Origin: Paragordius varius
Taxonomy: Eukaryota; Animalia; Nematomorpha
Direction: 5' to 3'
Assembly (NCBI GenBank): GCA_964247055.1
Contig: OZ176051.1
Location: forward strand, 3,596,001-3,660,000
Length of the DNA: 64,000 bases
Shown here: positions 41,712-53,249 of the stretch, piece after piece
Position numbering within the stretch: the stretch's first letter is position 1
Layout: every line of letters starts with the position of its first letter
Notes under the pieces: model-generated
Databases searched by the model: none
What the model was told of the DNA's origin: nothing
What the model saw: the letters and a program-made list of their open reading frames with translations, nothing else
Made by a program: the position numbers and the translations under genes

Positions 41712-43305
41712 TGGATTTTGAATAAACACTATATATTAAATATGAATTTTAAGACGAACAATTTTTTTAATCAAGATAGGCGATGAAATCTACAGCATAA
41801 TTAAATTATGTAAGAAGGGTGTTTTTTAGAGCGTTTTGATACCGTTTTTATCCTGCATCAACCTATTATGAAACAAATAAAAAATTTTTGTTTGCATTAT
41901 TTAGCATTTACATTTTGCAAAATATCAGCATTATTGCGTTTTTAGCAGAACTACTTTATTCTAGATGGGAACAAAAATTTGGAAATTTCGCTGCCCACTT
42001 CTTAGAATTAACGCTTCCTAAAAACATTGTTTTGAATTTTATATATGTCTTAATGATATTTTCTGGAATAAAGGATTTAACTTTTACTATTATTCTGCAG
42101 GTCTCTCCTACCGGGCTCCATGATCATTTCTGTGTATGTCTTTGCCATACTTGGCATAATTATAGGAGCGCTTGGCGTGCCGCGTTAAGTAGGCAGATGT
42201 TATTTTGCAGAGCTTGTGCAATTGTAGCCGCCCGGATGTATCATACCATATGCCCTTTTTTAAATACTTTCCCATACCTATATTTTTGACTCCTAACTGA
42301 TCTTTATATTTTAACTCTATATTCTCAAATCTTCGTATCCTCTTTTATATATTACACAGAATTTTAATTCAAATTATAATTTTAGGGGAGATTTGCTAAT
42401 CATACACATATAATAGCGTAATATTATCTCAGGATTTTAATACTTTTTGAATTTTTGACTCGTTAATTATTAAAATTTGGACCGGCTTAACACGGCCCTA
42501 ACTTGTTTAATTAAAATTAAATTTTTATTTATTTAATTTGCTTCTATTGTTGCTTCTTTGAATTTTGATAATATTAATTATATATTTTGGATTTATTTAG
42601 TTTATACCGATGCACTCTTGCATCCATTAATTTATCACTTTTGTATGACTTTCAAAATTTTGAAAATCGATTTTATGCTTATTTTCACTATTTAATTCGT
42701 TTTCGTTGTTAGCGTTATTTAACATGATTTATCGTGATATAATTTTGTAAATCGGTAACTCGCTCGCCATTTGTCATTTTTAGATTTTAACTCATTGTGT
42801 TGTTATCATAAATCATTCGCCTTATTTAATCGATTATTTACACATTTTTGCTGATCATGTATTTAATATTATACGTTTCATTGCATATTGTCAGAGGCCC
42901 TGAAGAATGATATACGTCCTACTCCTGAGGCGTGTAAAATAGTAGGACGGCGGTATGGGTTGTCCTGTGAGGACATGGACGGTAAGAAGCAAGCCTGTCA
43001 CAAGCTTTTCTGGATATCTGGATAACCAAATTTGCTCAAAAGTCTATTTCTGATATGGAGCAGTTATTACAAAGTGTTACTTTCTCATGTCACTCGTAAA
43101 GGCCAAAACCTAGATAATCCTGAACTATTTATTCAGAATAATTTCATCATATTTTTTATACCAATGATTTTATACGCAGCAGCAATGTAGCCTCGATTTA
43201 AAAAATTAAACTACCGTAAATAGCGTTAAATTTGCGTTTTTATGACAATTTTGGAAATATTAAAAAATCAATATGCGAATAATAAATACATTAAAACATG
43301 GGTGA

Positions 43306-44513
43306 ATGTTTAAAAAGATTCGGACACTTTTCAAATTTTTATTACTTATTTTAGCTATACAGTTTTTAATCTATTTATATTTTCGTGTAAAACCCAACAC
43401 AAACGAAACAATACCCAAAACAACAACGACTGAAACCTTTATTTGTCGTAATGGTGATAATATACCATTAAGCGCTGTAAATGATAACTATTGTGATTGT
43501 ACGGATGGGGAAGATGAACCCTTGACATCTGCTTGTAATTATAAAAGGTATTTGTTACTGTATATAAATATAGATTTGATTGTAAATTTAAATTAAGTGG
43601 ATTGGGAGATATTTTTGGAGTCCATTTTATTTATTCGAATTATGTAAATGATGGTATTTGCGATTGTTGCGATGGTTCTGATGAAATCAATATGGTAATT
43701 ACATAATTTTATTTAAGATATGCCCCAATACCTGTGAATTACTTAAATCTAAATACAGCGCCCAAATATTGGAGCAAAAGAAAGGAAGAGCTATTAAAGA
43801 ATTATATCGAAAACAAGCCATGATAAACAGAATTGTAGACGAAAAGGTTTAATCATATTTTTGATTTTATTCATAACTATTAATATATATCTCAACCGTT
43901 GTATATCTTATAAATTCTTCTAGAATCAATTCTTTTAATTACCTTTTTTATTTTTTTCCATAAATACTTTATTCAAAAATAATTTTTCGATTTCAAAAAT
44001 CATTAAAGTGTAATTATGGGGATTATAACTATAGAAAATGTTTATGTTATATATTAATATTTATATTAATATAAATGATTAGATATATGGGTTAAACGCC
44101 GTATACTATCACCTTTCAATGGAATGTATTGAACAAACCATATTTGCGTATGCTTACAAAATTTGTCCATTCCGCGAAAATTTTCAAACAAAGTTAACAA
44201 AAAATAACGGTATATTTTACATTAGTGTTTGTCTAAAATCCTTTTTACTTTTTATTAATTTAGCCTTTTTTAAAAAAATCATGGGAAATGTTTATTTTGA
44301 AAACAAACTCATTTTATTATAGAGAATGAAGAAGAACGATTTTTGATAGGAAAAGATTCATTCTGGATTTCTCCAAACACAATGGTTATGACAAACGGGG
44401 AATCTCGTAATTGTCCAAATCAAATATCCAATGCTCATAATATCATTAATTTTTATGATAGACAGAATATAGTTTTACATGGACGCTCATCCTTTGTAAA
44501 AACTTTCTTTTAA
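43306..44513 (+). CDS. Short glucosidase II beta subunit-like protein (PRKCSH-like Cys domain plus MRH domain, ~269 aa)
   Basis: Exons 43306-43547, 43574-43694, 43718-43846, 44083-44209, 44323-44513. Motifs VNDNYCDCTDGEDEPLTSAC, YVNDGICDCCDGSDE, CPNTC, ECIEQTIFAYAYKICPF, FLIGKDSFW. The C-terminal end is uncertain. Confidence 0.85.
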
Positions 44514-44720
44514 TATATAAAATTCTCTTTTTATATTTAGTTGGGCAATAGTTTTAATTTTATTCTTTAGTATTAAGTTAATTGTTTATTAATGATGTAA
44601 AAAATAGTTAAAATAATAAGTATTAAGAAAGTACCGTCATTGCTTCTATATTTTCCTAGTATAAAATATTTTCATACACTTACGTATTTAAAGTATTATT
44701 ATTATAAAACTCTAGTGCTC

Positions 44721-44752
<32 letters not shown>

Positions 44753-45024
44753 TTAGTTAACATTTGTATGTGGTTCGACAAACAAAATTATTTCGGTTTC
44801 CGAAAAACAGCGATGCCTCTATAATTTTACTGTACAGGTCCCCTCAGCCTGTTAAACAGAATAATTTTTATGATTGGGATAATCATGCATTTTTTATAAT
44901 ATATTTATTACGTATCTGCAATAAATTTAATTTTTTATAAATTGAAAAAGAATATGATAATTAGACATGATTTAATTTTATTATAAGTTAGACTTTTTTG
45001 ATTTGTTTTAAAATATGGCAAATA

Positions 45025-46950
45025 CCAGGTGTAGTTATAAGTTTTTTCCGTTTTTTAGTTAAAAATGTAATTTTAATTCATAATCAATTATCAACCTTTA
45101 TCAACCTTTAAGGGTTTTTTCTCCCAACAAGGAGGTAACCCTTCGGATAGATTTACGCCATGAGCATCGGTCCTGTGCATCATCAATTTTCAGGTTTAAA
45201 ATAGCCAGATCGTTTTCCACAATAGAAAGCCAACTTTGTAATGAACGTCCTTTACGATTTCGCAAACTTGTAGAAAAATTGACCATGCGGTATAGCCAAC
45301 TTTCATGTGGGCGTCGGTGAACATGTCCCGCAAATCTCATACGATTTGTGCGCAAACAGTCGATAAGCGGAGTCATTTGTAGGACAGTATATGGATCAAA
45401 TTTATTATTGTAATTATAGAGGTTTGGGTTTGTAGCATAAAGTATAGTTTTTAGAATTCTCCTTTCCGCTTGTTGTAACTTTAGTGAATTTGTTTTGGTT
45501 AAAGCCATAGCTTCTGTTGCGTAAATTAGAACGGGTCGTATGGTGGTGGTGTACGTAGTCAATTTGGATTTGTATGAGATGTATTTATTGTTTATTATAC
45601 TTTTGAGTTGGTGGTATTTTGACCAGGCGTTTTTTATACGGTTATTGATGGTTGGTTCAAGGCCCCCACCAGCGCTTATAATGTCACCCAAATATGTGAA
45701 ACTTTGTACTGTTTCAAAAGGTTCTTCATTACGTACACTTTGTGGAGGCTTAGTTGGGTTGGGCGTGGTGCAATTGCTGTATATAAAATCGTGATGTAAT
45801 TTTAGCGAATTCAACTGAGAGCATTTTTTGTGGACCCATTTTTTACATTTGAGGCATTGGATTGCGTTGGTTTTGACTTCTTTATTACATAGTGAGCAGG
45901 GCCATTTAATGGGATTGTATTTATTATTATCAATTATATATTTTATTTAAAATTTATTCACTAGTTTCTACTCATACCCATCTCTCGGTTAATGTATGAC
46001 AGTGCCAGAAAAACTGATTAACTTTTGCGGCAAGTCGTTAAGCCATTCAACGTCTTTGAAATTATGGAAATGCTGCAAGGATGTGTCTTATTCGTTCAGT
46101 TGTATTAATTAGATGGCGCCAGATTAATTCAGCGGGCCTGAAGAAATTTCATCTAAATATATCTTAAACCGGTTTTGATGTGCGATACGGAGCATTATCA
46201 TGTAGCAATGTCACTTTGTTATGTTATTTATCCCGTTTGGTCAGTTTCACCAAGTTTCAAAAGTTTATAAAAGACTATAGCGTTTGTGCCACAAGACACA
46301 GGAAATGGTTTCCTTGCTAAAGCAATTTGGCTTTAGTGTTTATGGATTGGCTTGGAAAAGTGTATCCACAATTTTTCCGCTTAAATTTACCAATAAAGGC
46401 ACTTATTATTACCCATCCCAATTTGAACAAAAATGATTTCATTTCGTGGCGTTGAAGCAGTATTTTACAAGCCACTTTTCGATTAGTCGTTCATAATTGA
46501 AACCCATTTACCAAGTTTATTGGATATCTGCTGATTGTTTTTGTGATATGTGTAATTCTTCTGCCAATCGCTTCTTGCACTTTAGCGTTTTTGTGTGTGA
46601 TCTACCAGGGCGCCTACACTCTTTCATATGAAATCACAAATTTTAAGATTTCAAATCCATGTTTCACCATGTTAATTGATAAAGCATATTCACAATATGT
46701 TCGGCCAGACGATAACTTTCAACAATATTTTCTTCTGGCAATGCGTGCCGCAAACGTTTTTTATGCACAAAATTTTACATAGCCACTAAATGATAAAAAA
46801 GGCGCTTTTACGGACTCAGTCAAATTTTAAGTTTTTATAGTTTTAATGGCATATAAAAATGGGGTCTGTATCAATTAAATATCTTACACTTTGCTCACGT
46901 CTTATAACCGTAATAACGTGCGTTTGAAAAAGACTACTTGTAGTAATCGG
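45025..46950 (-). pseudogene. Second decayed Mos1-like mariner, interrupted by an RTE LINE
   Basis: TA|CCAGGTGTAGTTATAAGTTTTTTCCGTTTT TIR at 45025. Minus-strand motifs at 45965-46790: NFVHKKRLRHAL, RRPGR, GKWVS, ILLQRHEMKSFL, YKLLKLGET, VTLLHDNA, LAPS, QHFHNFKDVEWL, FFW..HTLTERW. The 5' TIR was not found, so that boundary is approximate. Confidence 0.85.
45092..45928 (-). mobile_element. 5'-truncated RTE-clade non-LTR retrotransposon with PHD finger
   Basis: Open frame from ~45936 to the stop at 45101: KWPCSLCNKEVKTNAIQCLKCKKWVHKKCSQL..., then ETVQSFTYLGDIISAGGG..INNRIKNAW..IRPVLIYATE..MRFAGHVHR..SWRK (RTE C-terminus). 3' tail (TAAAGGTTGA)x2. Candidate 9-bp TSD ATCAATTAT at 45083-45091 and 45929-45937. 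Confidence 0.9.
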
Positions 46951-47270
46951 AAATTTACTTTTATAAATTCATTCAATCATAGTTGAATTAAAATCCCTAT
47001 ATTAAACGTGGTCTATACAGAATAATATGTAGAAAATGGCCATATAACATTTGAAAAGAGGTTCCTTAAGTCATAAAACTAATATCCATATTAAAAATCC
47101 AATCTGTGATTTTTGGAGTTATAAGATCCTATCGTTTTCAAGGATCCCATTCAAAAAATTATATAATATATATTTCATGTTTATATACTCTATCATAGTT
47201 TTTCAAGTTAACCCAAATTTAATATTTATTTCATTCATATACCGATCATCAACAAAAAAATATATTTCTT

Positions 47271-50030
47271 TCAAATATAAATTTTGAGTTGTTTAGTTAA
47301 TTCATCTCTTTGTTTAGTTAATTCTTGATGAGTCGTTTTATCAGATGCCTGTACACTTTTTATTTTGGCTGTAAGGTTATCAAATTGAAGCTGTAAAAGA
47401 GCCACATTAAACATGACATAAACGCGATTTTCTCCATAAACCCCAAGCAATAAATATTGGTCGTTCCCATAAAAAGACATTTTAATAATTTCACCATCTA
47501 TTATGACACATAATATAAAAATTAATAAAAAACTAAACAGTGCAAAATTATATTAATTTAGCTGCCTGGCAAAATATTATATAGCATGATTGTCAAATTT
47601 TAAAGGGACTTAACTATTATGCGCTTTTATATAAACTTTTTATTAGTTTTATTTTAATGGAACTGGTAAAACATTCTTATCATTCCTAATGGAAAAATAT
47701 CTAATTTTGCAAAACAGATTTATTTATCCATAATTTTGTTTTTCCCAAAAAACAAGATGTAAACTTTAATTGGAATTTAAATAATCGTAGTTATTAATAA
47801 TAAATCTTAAACTATAAGAACTTAAATAATAAATATTATTTCAAATTGAAAATTATGGAAAAGGGGAGACAATATTTTCTGTTTCAGTCCTACCACTATT
47901 TTATTTAATAACCGTTTAATATAAATCTAAAATTTAATAGCCTTCAAATTATTAATAATTACCTATAATAAATCTTTTATCATTGATATTGAGCGCATCA
48001 TATATCGATTTTCCGGTCAGAATATTAATGAAGTGTAGACAGCGGGTATTTCTATAGAAATTTCCATATATAAAATAGTATTTTTGATTTAAGTATAAAA
48101 AGAGGAGATATTATTATTATAATCATAAAAATTAATTTTACACAATAAAGATAAAGAAAAAAACTTGGACAAATCATGAAAATAAAGTGCAAATATGGGA
48201 TTCGATTGACATATAGCAGTTTGACAAATGATCGAATCCGTAGTATTATAGTCTGATTCTGTGGATGTTAAATGATGTTTTTTGGCTTTAGATATATTTT
48301 GAGTATCATTTGCTATGGTATTGCCTTGTTTATCAATATTTGCATTAGAAAAGAGAGTAGTAAGTGATTGTTTAATTATTTGAATGGGTTCATTCAATAT
48401 TTTCCCAGTTTTTTCATCTAATAAACGATATAAGACCATAAACCATATTATTTATATTTAAGTACAAAACAAATTTTTATGATACCTATAACTTGAAACA
48501 AGGACCAATGAACTTTGGTTACCACCAATAATCTATATTTTTGAATTAAATGATTAAATTAAACTTTGTCCCATCAAATGTGAAACTATAGGATAAAACA
48601 AGATGTGTCGATTCCAAAATGGCATAATTCACTACGCTCTCGATAAAATCCATTGAATAATTGACAATTTTCCATAATTTGAGACCTGATCCACCCTTTT
48701 CTTTAAATTATATAATATAAAAAATTAAATTTCTAGCATTCCAAAATATAAACAAACTCAGTATTGATGTTATTCGATATATATAATATAAAAAAATAAA
48801 AATTACAGTTGAATTTAAATAGAATAAAATATACATATATAAATGAATAATTATATCAATAAAACGACAATACTTTGGGTAAAAACAAAACATTCGTAAA
48901 TTTAAAGCAAAACCCTAATTAAAATGTGCAGTTTAAGAATTACATCTTCATTAAACATAAATTTTTGCCGCATGATACCATTTTTTTATCAAAACCACCA
49001 AAAAATAAGCCTAAAACATTCTAAACTGTCAAAAAACTAACTTAAATTTACTGTTTCATATCATATTTAACGAGATATAAAACCTAGGTAATGCGATTTT
49101 ATTTTTTCAAATATATAGCATAGGAATAGAATTTATGAATTTGCCTATATGCACTATTTTTTAGAAAGTATAAAATTATGATATTTTTAGTGAAATTAAA
49201 AAATAAAAATCTACCATGCAGAGCAAATATTTGACTACAAGGCGAAAGAGAACATGTTATGATACCGAAATCGGAAGCGTGTGAGACTTTATAAATTTCA
49301 ACACCTAGAAAATATAAAATTTATACGATACGAACCTTTTACATTTATAAATATTATGATGTCATCGTAGTACATAAGAATAAAAACTCCGTTTAGCGCT
49401 ATATCAAAACCTAATAATTTTTTATGATAAATCTACGCCATTATCGAAAAATAACTTGCGGTAAATTAATAGATTTATATTGTTTTGGGGTTAATTTCTT
49501 ATTATATGCATATACTCGTAGTATATTAGCATCATTCATGTGAACGATAAATGCCCTAAAATAATTTATAAATCAGCACACTTGTTATCTGGGCTCAAGT
49601 TTACATGTACAGCATAATCGGGACTCAAATTAAGCCTCTGTGGTCTATATTTAAAGATAAATGTTTACGTCATTCCATGGGTAATATCTGGCGAATTCCA
49701 TATTAATAAAAATCTATCTGGATATCAAAACTAAAAAAAACCTTTAGAAGCAGTAATAATCAGATTCTGATCCTTATTTATAGAAAAATCTAATAAATCA
49801 TCAGAATGTCCTTTTAAAGTATTAATAATCCATTTATGAAAATTCAAAGAATCATCCACTCTTTGCAAATTATTTGGTTTATCGTTTTTTCTATTTGTTT
49901 TTGTCACAGTCTTAGTAGTATTTTTATCATTAACATGTTTTTTATATTTAATAGATGTTTGAGGGCGGGATTTCAAAAAATAAACCAAAAAAGATATTAA
50001 TACCACGCATCCAAATAATATTATAAGCAT
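47271..50030 (-). CDS. TBL2: Transducin beta-like protein 2 (N-terminal TM anchor, WD40 repeats)
   Basis: Spliced: TM, then TLKGHSDDLLDFSINKDQNLIITASKDRFLLIWN..RLNLSPDYAVHVNLSPDNKAFIV..ILRVY..HKKLLGFDIALNGVFI..SLSPCSQIFALHG..LKLWK. The C-terminal ORF 47271-47480 (MSFYGNDQYLL..RVYVMFN..HQELTKQ) matches the TBL2 tail. Some middle exons are approximate. Confidence 0.85.
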
Positions 50031-50285
50031 GCTTGCCGTATTTATAATTGTGGACTGATGTATAAATGCCTTATTTATGTATACCTAATTTTAAAAATAT
50101 ATGTTATAATTAATATTGAGATATAATTTGCAAAACACAAATTTGTCAAATAATTTTTTTAATCAGTATAATATTATTATAATTTATCGATTAAATTTTT
50201 TTACCGTACAAGGGATGATTAAAAGCGATATTCAATTGGATGTTATTTCTGTTTGAAATTTTTTAATTTGTTCTATATTATCTTA

Positions 50286-53249
50286 CTAGCTGGCCCTGTC
50301 ACGCTTCGCTGTGACGCAGTCTCCACGTTAATTTTTCTAAATTACTTGCAATAAATAGAGGTGTAAAAAATAACAAAAAACATATTTAATAAAAAAATAA
50401 CTTTAATTATTCTTTTACGGGTTTTTGCATAGGCTCAAATATTCTTTATCAAAATTAACCATTTAAAACTGTCCCTTATTAAAGTTAATATTCAACTATC
50501 ATTGAATTTATTTTAAGATTTTCGTTTACAAAATCATGGTAAAAGTTTTTTGAAATTGTGTTCACACGGATCAAGGGGTATAAAAAGTAAATCATTTGGA
50601 ATCCCTTCTTAAAGGGAAGAATGATATTGTACAAATTCCCCAAAAATATGTTCAATTAAACTCTTATGGCTTCTAAAGTTTTGTGAAAATTAGTCTCAAA
50701 AGCCCGCCAATTTTGTATGGCGTCTCAGTTTTAACACTTCGATTCAAATTGGGGTATCTAAAACCCCAGACTAAATTTTAGTTAGGATTTTAAAAAAACT
50801 ACTGAAAGAAACGGTCCCAATTTAAATTTATGCTTCTATCCTAATAAAAATTATATAAATATGTTAAAATATTTAAATAAAATTCTGTTTTGAAAAAAAG
50901 TTTCATGTCAAATACTTCGACGCCATTTTTATTTTACAAAATTTTTGCAAAATATCGTCTTTATTTAATTTTAAATGTAAAACTAAAGCTAATTTTTTAT
51001 TTAAATTACATCTGACATTGTGATAGAAATAGAAAAAGTGGTTTATTTTGCATTATATTTGGATTTAACAAATGCACATATGTCATGTTGCCTAAATTTT
51101 TACCTTTCAGATATGGCTTAAAATAAGAAATATCAAGTATTTTTGAATAAAATTTTTTATATATTTCGGTTTATTAATGTTATATAAGTGCAAAATTTTG
51201 CCATGCTTATAATTCCTTCCATATTTTTTAAAGAATTTTTATGTAAGCAGGCCTGGGGTATTTAACTACCCCAATTTGAATCGAAGAACTAAAATGAATG
51301 TGTTGTATCCAAATGTTAAACCGGTAGACCCCTGCCCATAGACCTATATGGAAAAAGCGCTGACGTAAATTATTTCCTTTATAGGGCAATTTGGAATCAT
51401 CTTTGATACCATCTTCTCATGGGTTATTCGAAAAAATACCTCAACACTAAGTATATGATGACGTATTTTTAGGGTATAAATTAACGGCTAATAAAAAAAT
51501 GACTGACTTTTTTTATCTAGTTATAGGTATCAAGCTTTTAATGAGCTCATATGGCTTCATGAATTTTCTGTAAATGAGCTCCAAAACAACTCAATTTCTA
51601 TATAGTAGCCCTTTTGGCGGGTAGCTCCTAACTCAGGGGCAGGTATAAAAAACGCTGGGCCAAATTTTTGCTTTTATCGAGGGGGAAGATCTGGAATTAT
51701 AATGGATTCCACATATGTTCTTATTAGATTCATAGGTTTTTTGAAATTCGGCTCCAAAGGCAGGCTGTATCGATATAGTTACGCAGTTTTACGCGGGTAA
51801 CCCCCTAACCAGGGGCAAAACAAAAAAACTCTCGATTTAATTTTAGCCTTAATTTTGGTAATACCTGGAATCATGATTGATCCATATGCTTTGGTGGGAT
51901 TTTCGAAAGATTGCCTCAAAACCAAAATTCATTCTTGGGAGCGCATTTCAGGGAAAGGGCCTAATTAAGGGGTAATTTAATAAAACCGCATTACTTAAAT
52001 TATTGCCTTTTTACGGATAATATTTCAAGCCTTTATTAACTCATTTGGCTTGATAAGTTTTCTGAAATTTGGCTCCAGTTACGCTGTATCGATATGATGG
52101 CGCAGTTGGCTCGTAGCCCCCTAGCCAGAGGCCAATATAAAAATGTAGTTAGATAAAAAATTTGCCTTTATTCGAGAATACCATCATTATTCATTCCATA
52201 ACTTCTCTATAGTTAATGGAAAAATGGCTTCAAAACTAAATAATAGTTCAATGATAGCGCATTTTTTAGCGCTTAAAGGGGTCCATTTAACCCCAATTTA
52301 AAAATACCGCTCGACTTAAATCTTTGCCTTTTTACGGGTATTTCAAGCCCTTATTAAACTTATGTGTCCTGATAAATTTTTTGAAAATTAACTCCTAAAC
52401 AACGCATTTCGATATTGTGGCGCAGTTTTAGGCGTAGCTCCCTACCCAGAGGCTAATACAAAAAAGCGCTTGATTAAAATTTTTAACTATTTACGGAGAA
52501 TACCTTTGGAATTATCTCTCATTAGTCGAAAAAATTGGCTCAAAACTAAAAAATCATTCTATGGTGCGCATTTTCAGGGCGTGAAATGTTTAATTAACGG
52601 CTAATTTAAAAAAACCGTACGACCTAAATTTTTGCCTTGTTACGGGTAATATTTTAAGCACCTAATAACTCATATGGCCTGATAGGTTTTCTGAAATTTA
52701 GCCCCAAAGGCACCGCTATTTGTATATGACGATTAGTTTTTAGCGGGTAGCCCCTTACCCAGCAGCTTTGATCAAAGAAACGCACGACTAAAGTTTTTGC
52801 CTGTTAACAGGGAATTCTTGTAATTCTTATTGAATATTTACATTCTCATACCTTGGGCAAAAAATAGATTTAAAAAATTATTTTTGTGGACCTGTTTTTT
52901 GGAAAAAAATGGCATTTTACGGGGGGTGCGGTAAAAAATCGCCTAAATTAAAAATGCCAGCCGACCATGTTCGGCGCAATCGAAAATAAATAAAAAGAAA
53001 TCGAATGGTCCAACACGCTTTCCGGAAAATTGTCTCAAAGACACGATTTTTGTGGTCTTGTGTTTTCAAAAAAAAACCGTTTTATACACGGGGTAGGCCC
53101 GAACTGGGCCTAATTCAAAAAAAGGCAAAGCTATTGTCGGGGCATTCATTAATGATTATATTTTTTTGACATTTGGATTTAAATGGGTTTCCCGATTTTC
53201 CGGAAACAGATCACAAAGCCAGCATTTTCCATTTTTATAATTATATAGA
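50286..53249 (-). mobile_element. Chimeric Helitron copy 3 (family A 5' end and array, different 3' end)
   Basis: TC end at 53248-53249. The 3' end reads CGTCACAGCGAAGCGTGACAGGGCCAG-CTAG|T on the minus strand. Family A similarity begins at ~50640. Confidence 0.8.
50735..51315 (+). mobile_element. piggyBac-like MITE family P, copy 6, nested in Helitron copy 3
   Basis: TTAA TSD at 50731-50734 and 51316-51319. The empty site is visible in Helitron copy 4 (ctcagttctaaaccggta at ~55021). Confidence 0.9.

Noticed and set aside
44210-44225. Possible 16-nt GT-AG intron in the GluII-beta-like gene
   Set aside because: It leads to an immediate stop. The acceptor at 44322 restores MRH-like sequence.
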